From Lachnospiraceae bacterium (GTDB lineage Bacteria > Bacillota > Clostridia > Lachnospirales > Lachnospiraceae), in assembly GCA_021202635.1 (NCBI GenBank), contig JAJQCQ010000079.1, positions 378 through 64,377 of the forward strand: DNA of 64,000 bases, in the 5' to 3' direction. Below the pieces are notes generated by a model. That model was not told the origin of the DNA, ran no database searches, and saw only the letters and a program-made list of their open reading frames with translations. The translations under genes and the position numbers were made by a program. Shown piece after piece: positions 8,201 to 16,534 of the stretch; within the stretch, counting starts at the first letter, position 1, and each line of letters opens with the position of its first letter.

Positions 8201-9331
8201 TTAATCATTTTCCAGCAATGTAGGTTCGGTGTACAGCACCCTGTCCTCCCTAGCTGCCTGTTCTTCGAGCACTTCCGTTTCCTCCTGCATTTCCATATTT
8301 TCCCACGCTTTCCCGGCATCCATCGCATATGTTTTCATGCTGCGGGAAGAGAAAGCCGCCTCGATTACCCTTGAAATGGTCCGGCCGCTTCTTTCCTGTT
8401 CGCTGATCCAGCTTATTTTCCCGCTCACTGCATCCAGGAAATCCCCCTGCACTTCCGGATCCGGAGCAGCCAGCAGAGGCATATCAGCCGCGAAAAAAAC
8501 AGTCCTCTGTTTTTCTATTGCAGCTTCCGTTTCCAGTATTACGGCATAATCCAGGGCAATCATCTTTTCCTGCTCTTCGCAGCTGTTTTTCATATTCCGG
8601 ATTTCGGTCTGGAAATTCGCCAGCTTCATTGCCCCCGCACTGAGCTTCTCCGTCACCCCGGCACTTTCCTCCAGTTCCTCCACGTATCCCGGGTTCGCTT
8701 TCCTGTAAGCCTCCACTTCCCTGTGCCGCATATTATATTCTGTTTTTAATGCTGCCGCCTGCTGTTCGCGTTTCCGTATGGAATTACGCAGGCACTGGAT
8801 GTATTTCCACTTTTCACTGACAGCCAGGTAAGCATCCATCCGCTTCTCCATGTCCCGGGCTTCTTCTTCGCTTTTCACAGGCTTTTTCGCCCGCAGGATC
8901 CCATATTCCAGCCCTTCCAGCATCCAGCGGCATGCTTTCATATTTCCGGCCTGGATACAGCTTCCAAGTCCCTGCAGGAGTTCTTCCAGTTTCCGGTCCG
9001 TCTCCGGGGTGTCGAAACTGCTTAACCTGCCAAGTTCCTCTTTCAGCGGCTCCAGCCGGCGGCGGATTTCCTGAACCTCTTCCGGTTTTAACAGCGATTT
9101 CTCACCCTCCTGGATCTGGATCCCGTTCACTTTTGCCAGGAGCGCCTGTCTGTGCCCGCGCACTTCAGCCACAGTTTTTTCCTCCTCCTGCTTCTTTTCC
9201 GGAGCCGGTTCTTTTGCATCAGACCCGGCCAGCCACATCCAGATTGCCTGGAACGTTTCCCTTATCCATCCCATATTCCTTTCCCATCCTTTCTTCTGGC
9301 AGACCAGCTGTTTCAATGCTTTACCCGGCAT
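8201..9331 (-). CDS. Long coiled-coil protein with aromatic amphipathic N-terminal helix (PspA/ESCRT-III-like?)
   Basis: Heptad-rich, E/K/R/L/Q composition with an acidic tail (MEMQEETEVLEEQAARED). If translation starts at ATG 9274, the N-terminus is MGWIRETFQAIWMWLAG, an amphipathic Trp-rich helix. Start choice (9331 vs 9274) is unresolved; neither has an ideal RBS. Confidence 0.4.
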   Translation of the reverse strand: MPGKALKQLVCQKKGWERNMGWIRETFQAIWMWLAGSDAKEPAPEKKQEEEKTVAEVRGHRQALLAKVNGIQIQEGEKSLLKPEEVQEIRRRLEPLKEELGRLSSFDTPETDRKLEELLQGLGSCIQAGNMKACRWMLEGLEYGILRAKKPVKSEEEARDMEKRMDAYLAVSEKWKYIQCLRNSIRKREQQAAALKTEYNMRHREVEAYRKANPGYVEELEESAGVTEKLSAGAMKLANFQTEIRNMKNSCEEQEKMIALDYAVILETEAAIEKQRTVFFAADMPLLAAPDPEVQGDFLDAVSGKISWISEQERSGRTISRVIEAAFSSRSMKTYAMDAGKAWENMEMQEETEVLEEQAAREDRVLYTEPTLLEND

Positions 9332-9334
9332 GAT

Positions 9335-9835
9335 TCAGCCAGGATCCCCAAACAGTCTTACAATGCACCAGAGGACCAGTCCTGTTACAGCAGACGGGAG
9401 GATGCTCATAATCCCCGCAAGGCCTGCATAGATAAGAAATTCCGCAAAATAATAAGAAAGCGTAGCCCCTTCCTCCGGTGCCGGCAGGATATCCACCCGT
9501 CCGATGAACATCCCGGCAACATACAGAATACTGCTTGCAGCGCATATCATTGTAAAATTCTGGAAATAATGGTCATCATACCCGTACCAGCAGATGCGGA
9601 AAACAAGCAGAAGCACCAGTGTCAGGTTCACTCCCGCCGCCACCATCCGGATCCGGTGCGCCCTCTCATCCGCGCTGCCAAGGAGCACCCACCACACCAG
9701 GACAGAAGCTGCGGCCAGCACCAGAATCACAACGGCCAGAATCCTGGTGAAACGCCCTGCCCTGTAAAAAAATGGCAGATGGATATGAATATCATTCTGG
9801 TCTTTCTTCAATTTTCTCCCCTCCCTTCCCTGCAT
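9335..9835 (-). CDS. Small integral membrane protein (about 4 TM helices)
   Basis: Hydrophobic spans ILAVVILVLAAASVLVWWVLLG, MVAAGVNLTLVLLLVFRICWY, MICAASSILYVAGMFIG and FLIYAGLAGIMSILPSAVTGLVLWCIVRLF. The ORF-track N-terminus (to 10027) overlaps the helicase and looks non-coding. Likely start is ATG 9835, or TTG 9811 preceded by GGGAGGGGAG. Confidence 0.6.
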   Translation of the reverse strand: MQGREGRKLKKDQNDIHIHLPFFYRAGRFTRILAVVILVLAAASVLVWWVLLGSADERAHRIRMVAAGVNLTLVLLLVFRICWYGYDDHYFQNFTMICAASSILYVAGMFIGRVDILPAPEEGATLSYYFAEFLIYAGLAGIMSILPSAVTGLVLWCIVRLFGDPG

Positions 9836-12800
9836 CCGTGGCCGCTGCCTGGCCGGCTGGCAGCGGCGGGAGGTTCCGCAGGATCCGGTGCTGTTCCCGG
9901 ATGGGATCATCGAACCAGTCGAGCGAAAAGACCCACAGCAGGTTCCAGCCCCTGTCCCGGAGCAGTTCCATCTGTCCGGCCTCCCTGTCCTGCACAGATA
10001 AATTCCTGCAGTACTGGCTGGTATCAAGGATCAGGCCAAGCACATAGCGGTCCGGATCGGCCGGATCCCGGATCCCGATATCGACGCGGAACCTTCCTGT
10101 CCCGACAAGGGTATCACACTGGTAACCGCTCTCCCGCAGGAATCCACAGATTTTCATCCGGAACCCGTCTGTATCCGTTTCTTCCTCCGTCTGCACAGTT
10201 TCCGAGCCATTGCCCCGGGCGAACAGCAGGAAATCCCTGAAATCCCTGACGCCCCTCCCGCTGCCTGGAGTGATACGTATCTGCTCCGGATCCAGTGAAG
10301 TGAACAGAAGCATTTCATCCCGTGCCCGCGTAAGGGCAACATTCAGCCTTTTATGTCCTCCGGCCTGTGCCAGGGGGCCAAAGTTCATTGTCAGCCTTCC
10401 TTTTGCATCCGGGCCGTAGCCGGTCGAAAACAGGATCACATCCCTCTCATCCCCCTGTACGCATTCCAGGTTCCGGATAAACAGGGGTTCCCCTTTTTCT
10501 TCCATGTTCCCAAGCGCCTGTTCCAGCTGATGGTTTCCCGCAGCCTCTTCTTCAAGCAGGGAAAGCAACAGCGCCTTCTGGTGAATGTTAAACGTGATGA
10601 TCCCATACGTCCTTCTGTCACCGGAAAGAAGCTTTTCCGCAAGATAAGCGATGCAGGCTTCCGCCTCTGTTCTGTTTGTCATGCTGTGCCCCCTGTCGTA
10701 AACGCCCCGGACGTTCCGGAAATGCACCCTTAGCCTGCGGTCTGCGGATGGGAAGGTCATCATCTTCCCCCCGTAATACCGTCCGTTTGGGAAGGATATC
10801 AGGCTTTCATGCGTACTCCTGTAATGCCATTGCAGGTAATGGTTCGGAAGCGAAAGTGCCAGTGCTTCCTTCAGGATACTTTCCTGGTCTGCGTCAAGCG
10901 GGTTATCGTCCACATCTCCCTCCGCTGCCGCATCAAAGAACGAGGTGGGAGGCATCTGGTTCGGATCCCCTGCAATAATGACCTGTTTTGTCCGGGCAAT
11001 CAGTCCCAGTGCAGCCGGGGTCTGGATCTGGGAAGCTTCGTCAAAAATCACTGCATCCGCCTTCCAGCCCGGCCCCAGATAAAGTGCCGCAGATGCCGGG
11101 GACAGGATCATACAGGGGGCAAGGACAGGGATCAGATCCGGCAGGAGATCCATCATGGAACGGATGCTCATGCCTTTCCCGCCGCTCTGTATCATCCGGT
11201 TCAGGCTGGTCATCTGGGTTTTTATCTTCCCGGGGCCATGTGCAAGCGCTTCATGCGCCCGTTCTGCCAGCCGTCCCCTTATTTTCCTCGCAGAAGCCTC
11301 ATAATATTTCCCCATGGTTTCCCGATAGCGCGCAGCCAGGTCTTCAAACTGAAAACCAGAAAAGCTCCGGATATCTTTATCCGCGCTGTACAAACGCTGA
11401 AGCAGGGCATGGCAGCAGGCGGCACGGAACGACGGAAACAGGCCGTCATGTGGAAGTCCGGATTCATACAGCCGGATAAAGGGTGACAGCTGTAATTCTT
11501 CGCACCGCCTGCGTACGGCCAGATACCCGCTCCATTCCTTTAAGTCATCAAGGCCTTCCTGCCACCGGCTGGCTGCCGCAAGTGCCTCTTCAAGCGTCTC
11601 CCCTCCCTGGTGCCAGAGGGCAGGTACCGGTGCGGCAGCCGCAAGTTTCCGGCTGGCCGCCTCAAGAGTCTTTACCTGGCTGGCGAAAAACTGCAGGCCG
11701 TCATCTGACCGGCTGTCCATCCCTGCGGCAAATTCCGCCAGTTCTTCCTCTGACTGGAACGCTTTTTCCAGAAGGGCAAGGATCGTGGCAGCAGTCTCCA
11801 GGGTAAACTCCCCGTCCGCTTCAATCGATGGCAGCACCGCCCGGATTTTCTGTACCTGCGTCTCCTGTTTTTTTACCAGGCATGCCATTTCCAGAAATTT
11901 CGTGATTTTTCCGTCATTCCACTTTTCAGCTTCCTCCCCAAGGAAGGAAAGCAGTTTCCCACGCAGCGCTGCGTGCTGCCGCCGGAAGCGCAGATCCAGC
12001 ATCCCTTTCTTCCACTGTTCCAGCATTTTCTCCAGCGGAAGCGTAAAAAATCTTTCCCGGTATGGTTCCCTGCAGTGGCCAAGGATCGCATCCCTGCGCT
12101 GCTGATACTGTCCTGCCAGGATCCACTGTTTCAGGGCTGTCAGCGGCCAGGACTGGGAACGCAGGGCTGCCGGAAGCTTCTGCAGGAGCTTTTCTTTCAC
12201 TTCCTCTGATCTGAGCTTTCTGGAAGCCATCTCCAGTCCCTCATAAGTGGTATCCCCCGTCTCGAAGCCTGCTGACATTTCGAGGTTTTTTATCTGGGCA
12301 GCCAGGCTCTGCAGCGCATCCTGATATGCCTCCAGTGCCGGCCGGATATCCCCTGCCATGGACGGGTAATATTCATAGGTTCCCCAGTCACTCAGCGGAT
12401 GCCCGTACGGGTGCCCGGTGTGCCGGCCGGCCTCCGTCAGTTCATGCAGGGCTTCTTCATATTCGTGCATTTTTTCTTTTGCAAGGGTATCCACAAAATC
12501 CTCTTCCAGCGAAAACGGGGGCAGGTATTCTTCCACCAGCAGATACTCTGAAAGCAGCTCACAGGCACTGCTCCCATACAGCCGCGCACCATGCAGCAGA
12601 TGATCCATCCGTTCCAGTTCAGCGGCGGCATCCGTAAGCTCCTGCCGGATTATATCATAGCCCCCATCTGCCTGCGTTTCAGCTTCTGCAGCCTCTTTTG
12701 CCTCCCGCATCTGTTCCAGGAAGGATTCCTTACGGCTGGAAGGAGTAAGATACAGGCAGAAAGGTGTCAGTGAAATTTGGGAAAGCCTGTCATACACCAC

Positions 12801-14939
12801 ATTCATCGCCGGGGCTTTTTCGGCTGAAAAGATTACTCTTTTTCCGGCATATATAAGGCCGCTGACCATATCCGCAATCACCTGGGTTTTTCCGGTCCCG
12901 GGAGGGCCATGCATAACACAGGACTCCCCTCCGAGTGCCGCCGCAATGGCTTCTTTCTGCGATGCATCTGCCGGCAGGGGCAGGACAAGCTCTGACAGTC
13001 TGGAAGGCTTTGCGTCCTTATTCAGATCTTCCGGCAGTTCGCCTGTTAAAAGCCCACGGATAAACGGGTGTTTCTGATACTCGTCCATATTCTCATTCAG
13101 GTCCTTCCAGAGGACAGACCTGCTGAATTCGAAAATGCCAAGTACAGCATTCTCAAAAACATCCAGGTCTGGTTCCAGGGCCAGGGCGTCCCTTAAATAC
13201 GGAAGGCACTTTCTGAAGTCCGGCTGTCCGTCAGAATCAGAAACATGTGCCAGATGAAGGCCTTTCTGTTTTCTCAGGAACTCAAATACAGCTTCATTGT
13301 ACTGTATGGCTCCCTCTGGCCGGATACGGAAGGAACGCCCTTCTTTGATAAGCATTGCCGGGGCCAGGATCAGCGGGGCATAATGGGGCTGTTTTTTCCT
13401 GCCATCCATCCAGCGGATCATTCCGAATGCCAGGCAGAGTGCACCCGAGCCGGTCTGGTCCCTGGTTTCAGTATCTTCCTTCCGCATGGCTGAGAGCAGC
13501 CTGGCAGATGCCCCATCTTCCAGGTCTGTATGCACGGTATCCTGTCCCAGGCTTGCAAGGATCACGTCCTGGCAGGCCCTTGCGCCGGACATCCGTTCAA
13601 AAAGTTCGGCGCTCCGGGAGGAAGCTTCAAAATCTTCCGGCCGGCCCGTAATACGGAGGGTTCTTCCGTTCTTTCCGAACTTGTCATAAAGCTGCCAGCA
13701 TCTGTTTTCCGCCGTGAGAACAGGCACAGCCTTTGAGGAACCGGAAGACAGGGACAGGTTCAGAAGCGGCGACCGCGCCGAGAGATCCAGCAGTCTGTTT
13801 ATCCATTTTTCCTTTTTCCCGGCTGCAGTATACCCTGGCATCTGCCGTTCTTCCGGTACGGGATACGAAAAATCTCCCGCAGGTACCCGGCGGCCAGCCT
13901 CCTCCTGCAGTACGGCCATCTGCCGCCCAGTCAGGAGGGAAGGCATGGGCGTCACCCCTGCTTTCCTGCTCCTGCTGATATCTGCCGCACGGAAATAATC
14001 GATTTTTTCATACAGATGCGCCTCAGCCGATGCTGCCGCAGCCTGAAAGCCGCAGATATATTTCCCCCGTGAAGCACAGGTGGCCTCAAAGAGGATGATA
14101 TCGCGGTTTCCTTCCCCGCATTTCTTCCGGAAAAAGGACGGGTCCGTACTGACCGGCTGGTCAAGAATCCCTTTTTCATTCAGCCACAGGCCGCATATCG
14201 CATGGCTTTCCAGCCTGTCCGTCTTCAGGCTGATCACGAACGGGTGCAGGCCCATTGCCTCAAGGCATGAGGCAAAAAGCAGGCTGAATTCAATGCAGTT
14301 TCCTGCATGCTCACTAAGCATATCGCCAGCCATCCGGATTCTCTGATAGCCCGGAAGATAGGTTGGCCTGGAAGAAATATACGCAATCTTCTGTTCCGCA
14401 ACTGCCCTGAACAGGCAGGACGCGTACTGTATTACTTTTTCTTTCGATCCGCCCTGGTAAGCCGAGATCGAATATCCGTTTCCTGATTCTGCCAGGAGTT
14501 CGGAGACCCTTGAAAGGATGCCGGGGATAAGCGGGTGATTCGGTGTCACGTAGGCTGCGATCTGGTAGAAATCTTTTTCCCAATGGCTCAGAAGATCCAG
14601 GGTCTGGAAGGGAATCGTGATGCTTTTTTCTGCCAGTATTTTTTCACCATCACGCATCTGTACCTGCACGGTGCCATCTGCCGCCTCTGTAAAAGCAAGG
14701 AGCGGCTCCGGGGTCCATGTAAAAACCGGGTCTGCTATTTTCTTTGTTTCCCCCGGCTCCAGGGAAATGCTTTCCGTATATTCTTGAAAAACTGCCGGGC
14801 TGGCAGTAATACGCAGCTCTCCCGCTGCCGGTTCCCTGCCTGTGTTTCTGACTGTAAGGTGTTCTACAAACGGCTTTGCGTTAAGATGGGCTGCATATTG
14901 AAAAATCGCCGGAAGAGTGAAATGAATCTGAACTGCCAT
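9792..14939 (-). CDS. Giant transglutaminase-like / DUF4011 / SF1 (Upf1-DNA2-like, AAA_11+AAA_12) helicase with C-terminal restriction-endonuclease-like domain (~1715 aa)
   Basis: Transglutaminase core HAGNCIEFSLLFASCLEAMGL (Cys codon 14295-14297) followed by ...SHAICGLW. DUF4011-like WINRLLDLSARSPLLNLS. Walker A HGPPGTGKTQ (12885-12908). Helicase motifs VIFDEASQ, IIAGDPNQMPP, LQWHYRS, VQGDERDVILFS and RLNVALTRAR. Tail RFRVDIGIRDPADPDRYVLGLILD...GWNLLWVFSLDWFDDP resembles DUF559/Vsr-like REase folds. Start set at ATG 14939 (AAGGGGGA RBS); the upstream 51 codons look non-coding. Confidence 0.85.
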   Translation of the reverse strand: MAVQIHFTLPAIFQYAAHLNAKPFVEHLTVRNTGREPAAGELRITASPAVFQEYTESISLEPGETKKIADPVFTWTPEPLLAFTEAADGTVQVQMRDGEKILAEKSITIPFQTLDLLSHWEKDFYQIAAYVTPNHPLIPGILSRVSELLAESGNGYSISAYQGGSKEKVIQYASCLFRAVAEQKIAYISSRPTYLPGYQRIRMAGDMLSEHAGNCIEFSLLFASCLEAMGLHPFVISLKTDRLESHAICGLWLNEKGILDQPVSTDPSFFRKKCGEGNRDIILFEATCASRGKYICGFQAAAASAEAHLYEKIDYFRAADISRSRKAGVTPMPSLLTGRQMAVLQEEAGRRVPAGDFSYPVPEERQMPGYTAAGKKEKWINRLLDLSARSPLLNLSLSSGSSKAVPVLTAENRCWQLYDKFGKNGRTLRITGRPEDFEASSRSAELFERMSGARACQDVILASLGQDTVHTDLEDGASARLLSAMRKEDTETRDQTGSGALCLAFGMIRWMDGRKKQPHYAPLILAPAMLIKEGRSFRIRPEGAIQYNEAVFEFLRKQKGLHLAHVSDSDGQPDFRKCLPYLRDALALEPDLDVFENAVLGIFEFSRSVLWKDLNENMDEYQKHPFIRGLLTGELPEDLNKDAKPSRLSELVLPLPADASQKEAIAAALGGESCVMHGPPGTGKTQVIADMVSGLIYAGKRVIFSAEKAPAMNVVYDRLSQISLTPFCLYLTPSSRKESFLEQMREAKEAAEAETQADGGYDIIRQELTDAAAELERMDHLLHGARLYGSSACELLSEYLLVEEYLPPFSLEEDFVDTLAKEKMHEYEEALHELTEAGRHTGHPYGHPLSDWGTYEYYPSMAGDIRPALEAYQDALQSLAAQIKNLEMSAGFETGDTTYEGLEMASRKLRSEEVKEKLLQKLPAALRSQSWPLTALKQWILAGQYQQRRDAILGHCREPYRERFFTLPLEKMLEQWKKGMLDLRFRRQHAALRGKLLSFLGEEAEKWNDGKITKFLEMACLVKKQETQVQKIRAVLPSIEADGEFTLETAATILALLEKAFQSEEELAEFAAGMDSRSDDGLQFFASQVKTLEAASRKLAAAAPVPALWHQGGETLEEALAAASRWQEGLDDLKEWSGYLAVRRRCEELQLSPFIRLYESGLPHDGLFPSFRAACCHALLQRLYSADKDIRSFSGFQFEDLAARYRETMGKYYEASARKIRGRLAERAHEALAHGPGKIKTQMTSLNRMIQSGGKGMSIRSMMDLLPDLIPVLAPCMILSPASAALYLGPGWKADAVIFDEASQIQTPAALGLIARTKQVIIAGDPNQMPPTSFFDAAAEGDVDDNPLDADQESILKEALALSLPNHYLQWHYRSTHESLISFPNGRYYGGKMMTFPSADRRLRVHFRNVRGVYDRGHSMTNRTEAEACIAYLAEKLLSGDRRTYGIITFNIHQKALLLSLLEEEAAGNHQLEQALGNMEEKGEPLFIRNLECVQGDERDVILFSTGYGPDAKGRLTMNFGPLAQAGGHKRLNVALTRARDEMLLFTSLDPEQIRITPGSGRGVRDFRDFLLFARGNGSETVQTEEETDTDGFRMKICGFLRESGYQCDTLVGTGRFRVDIGIRDPADPDRYVLGLILDTSQYCRNLSVQDREAGQMELLRDRGWNLLWVFSLDWFDDPIREQHRILRNLPPLPAGQAAATDAGKGGEKIEERPE

Positions 14940-16134
14940 TATAAAGTCCCCCTTTCTGGGTCTGTCCTGCTGTTTCAGTATCTGCCTGGAAAACCGGCGG
15001 GGAACCCCTGTACCACTCCCCGCCTGCGGCAAGCACAAGCCAGGCACACTGCCTCTCATCAAGTACGATACCGGCATGCCAGGAGCCTTCACATTTTGGG
15101 GTTTCCACCGAAATGCGGCGTATCTGTTCGTTCACGCCTGTCCTCCCGCCCGTCCGGATAATTACAGAAACCTCCAGGATATCCGTGCCGGTGTGTTTTG
15201 TCCGGGCAAACTCCTGCCCCAGCCAGACCACTTCCCCATCCGCAAGAATACCTAAGTCAGCCAGGTCCGTCCTTTTTTCCTCCGGCGTTATCCTTCCGTT
15301 TTCCATCCTGTAAGTGTAATAAAGGATGCCTGTCTGGACTCCGCAAAGTGTCTGGTGCTGGGAACCGCGATCTTTCCAGACAGGGTTTTTCCTGTTCCCG
15401 TCTTTTGCGCAGAGGACATTATCCATGAATTCCAGCACAGGCTCCAGTTCGTCCTCTTCCAGGTTTCCCCACCATCTGCCATCTCCACTGGCAGCAGTTT
15501 CTCCGGAAATGCCTCTTTTCCGCCCCAGGCAGCCTGCCTTTTCGAATTTTTCAGCCACCATGATATCCACACTGCTGTTTCCCAGGGCAATGAAAGAAAA
15601 CGCCCTGGCCGCCGCTTCCAGGAGTTCCAGATCCTGTTCTTTTTCCGCCAGTTCCATATCATCAAGCAGATCACGCAGCTGTGTCTCTCCTTCTGCCATA
15701 CTTTCCAGGATATGGCAGCCAGGGACAGAAAAAAGTTCCATAAGTGCTTCCAGAAGCATATCAGCCAGCGCCTCTGTTCTTTCTGCATCCAGGCTGTATG
15801 CCCATTCCAGTTTTCCGTGAAGCATGCGGCCGATTTTTTCCCTGCCATTTTTGCCAGGCATATGGAAAGATCCTGGCATAAACCGTGCAAGGAATTCATA
15901 AGGCAGAAAATTTTTCTCCGCAGCCCGTTTCCGAATTTCGCTGATTCCCGGAAAAATCCCATCCACCCAGGAGCGGTCACCTATAAGGAAATCCAGTGTT
16001 CCTGCGGCATCAGGAGTATCCTGCAAAAAAATCACCTGTTTCCCGCATTGCATATCTTTCTGCCTGGCGCTCAGCGCATACAGTTCTGCTTCCAGTCCTG
16101 GAGTGTATTCTGACAGCATCCTGGCCGGGATCAC
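14881..16134 (-). CDS. Hypothetical protein, downstream piece of a gene split at an A7 tract
   Basis: 417-codon ORF beginning at GTG with no recognisable family. A TGA lies 10 codons upstream in this frame. Removing one A from the A7 run (T7 on + strand, 16145-16151) joins it to the 16010..16516 ORF. The last 59 nt overlap the helicase start. Confidence 0.5.
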   Translation of the reverse strand: MIPARMLSEYTPGLEAELYALSARQKDMQCGKQVIFLQDTPDAAGTLDFLIGDRSWVDGIFPGISEIRKRAAEKNFLPYEFLARFMPGSFHMPGKNGREKIGRMLHGKLEWAYSLDAERTEALADMLLEALMELFSVPGCHILESMAEGETQLRDLLDDMELAEKEQDLELLEAAARAFSFIALGNSSVDIMVAEKFEKAGCLGRKRGISGETAASGDGRWWGNLEEDELEPVLEFMDNVLCAKDGNRKNPVWKDRGSQHQTLCGVQTGILYYTYRMENGRITPEEKRTDLADLGILADGEVVWLGQEFARTKHTGTDILEVSVIIRTGGRTGVNEQIRRISVETPKCEGSWHAGIVLDERQCAWLVLAAGGEWYRGSPPVFQADTETAGQTQKGGLYNGSSDSFHSSGDFSICSPS

Positions 16135-16516
16135 GAATGCCCTGTTTTTTTCCTTCCTGCTTCAGCAGCTGGATCATCAGGCGGAGCAGATGTTCCGGGG
16201 AAACCAGAAACTCCGTAACCTGGCCAGCCTCATGCATGGTTCTTCTCACCCTTTTTTCCATATCGGATGAGAGAAGCGCTTCCAGCGACTCCTGGTCACG
16301 CACCTGCAGCCGCAGACGGGGTCCCTCCCGCACATGCACAGGCCAGCTGCTTTTCTTTTTGGAGCCGTTCCGGCATGCGAAAAACACTTCATCCCAGCCC
16401 TTTTTTTTCATCTGGTAATGGAGATAGCCGGGCATATCCAGCTTCCGCAGGCTGCCATTGTCAGCCAGGCATATGCTTTCATCCGGGTCATAAAGCATAA
16501 AATGAAACAGACTCAT
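16010..16516 (-). CDS. Hypothetical protein, upstream piece of the same split gene
   Basis: ATG 16516 is preceded by GGGGAGGTGA (5-nt spacer). After ...LMIQLLKQEGKK (the A7 tract) the remaining 41 codons overlap the 14881..16134 ORF and look out of frame. Confidence 0.5.
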   Translation of the reverse strand: MSLFHFMLYDPDESICLADNGSLRKLDMPGYLHYQMKKKGWDEVFFACRNGSKKKSSWPVHVREGPRLRLQVRDQESLEALLSSDMEKRVRRTMHEAGQVTEFLVSPEHLLRLMIQLLKQEGKKQGIRDPGQDAVRIHSRTGSRTVCAERQAERYAMRETGDFFAGYS

Positions 16517-16534
16517 AACTGTCACCTCCCCGTA

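Noticed and set aside
9152-10240. 362-aa plus-strand ORF spanning the membrane-protein gene and the helicase 3' end
   Set aside because: It is antisense to two well-supported minus-strand genes. The sequence is Pro/Ser/His/Arg-rich and non-protein-like, with no RBS.
10809-11486. Several 100-225-aa plus-strand ORFs inside 10.2-14.6 kb
   Set aside because: All are antisense shadows of the helicase gene, whose own frame carries canonical SF1 motifs.
15288-16113. Alternative-frame ORFs 15288..15980 (-), 15326..15820 (+) and 15355..16113 (+) within the 417-codon gene
   Set aside because: They overlap each other and the longest ORF. None has an RBS, and their sequences are low-complexity (Ser/Pro/Trp-rich). 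The longest minus-strand frame was kept, although it too has no recognised family.
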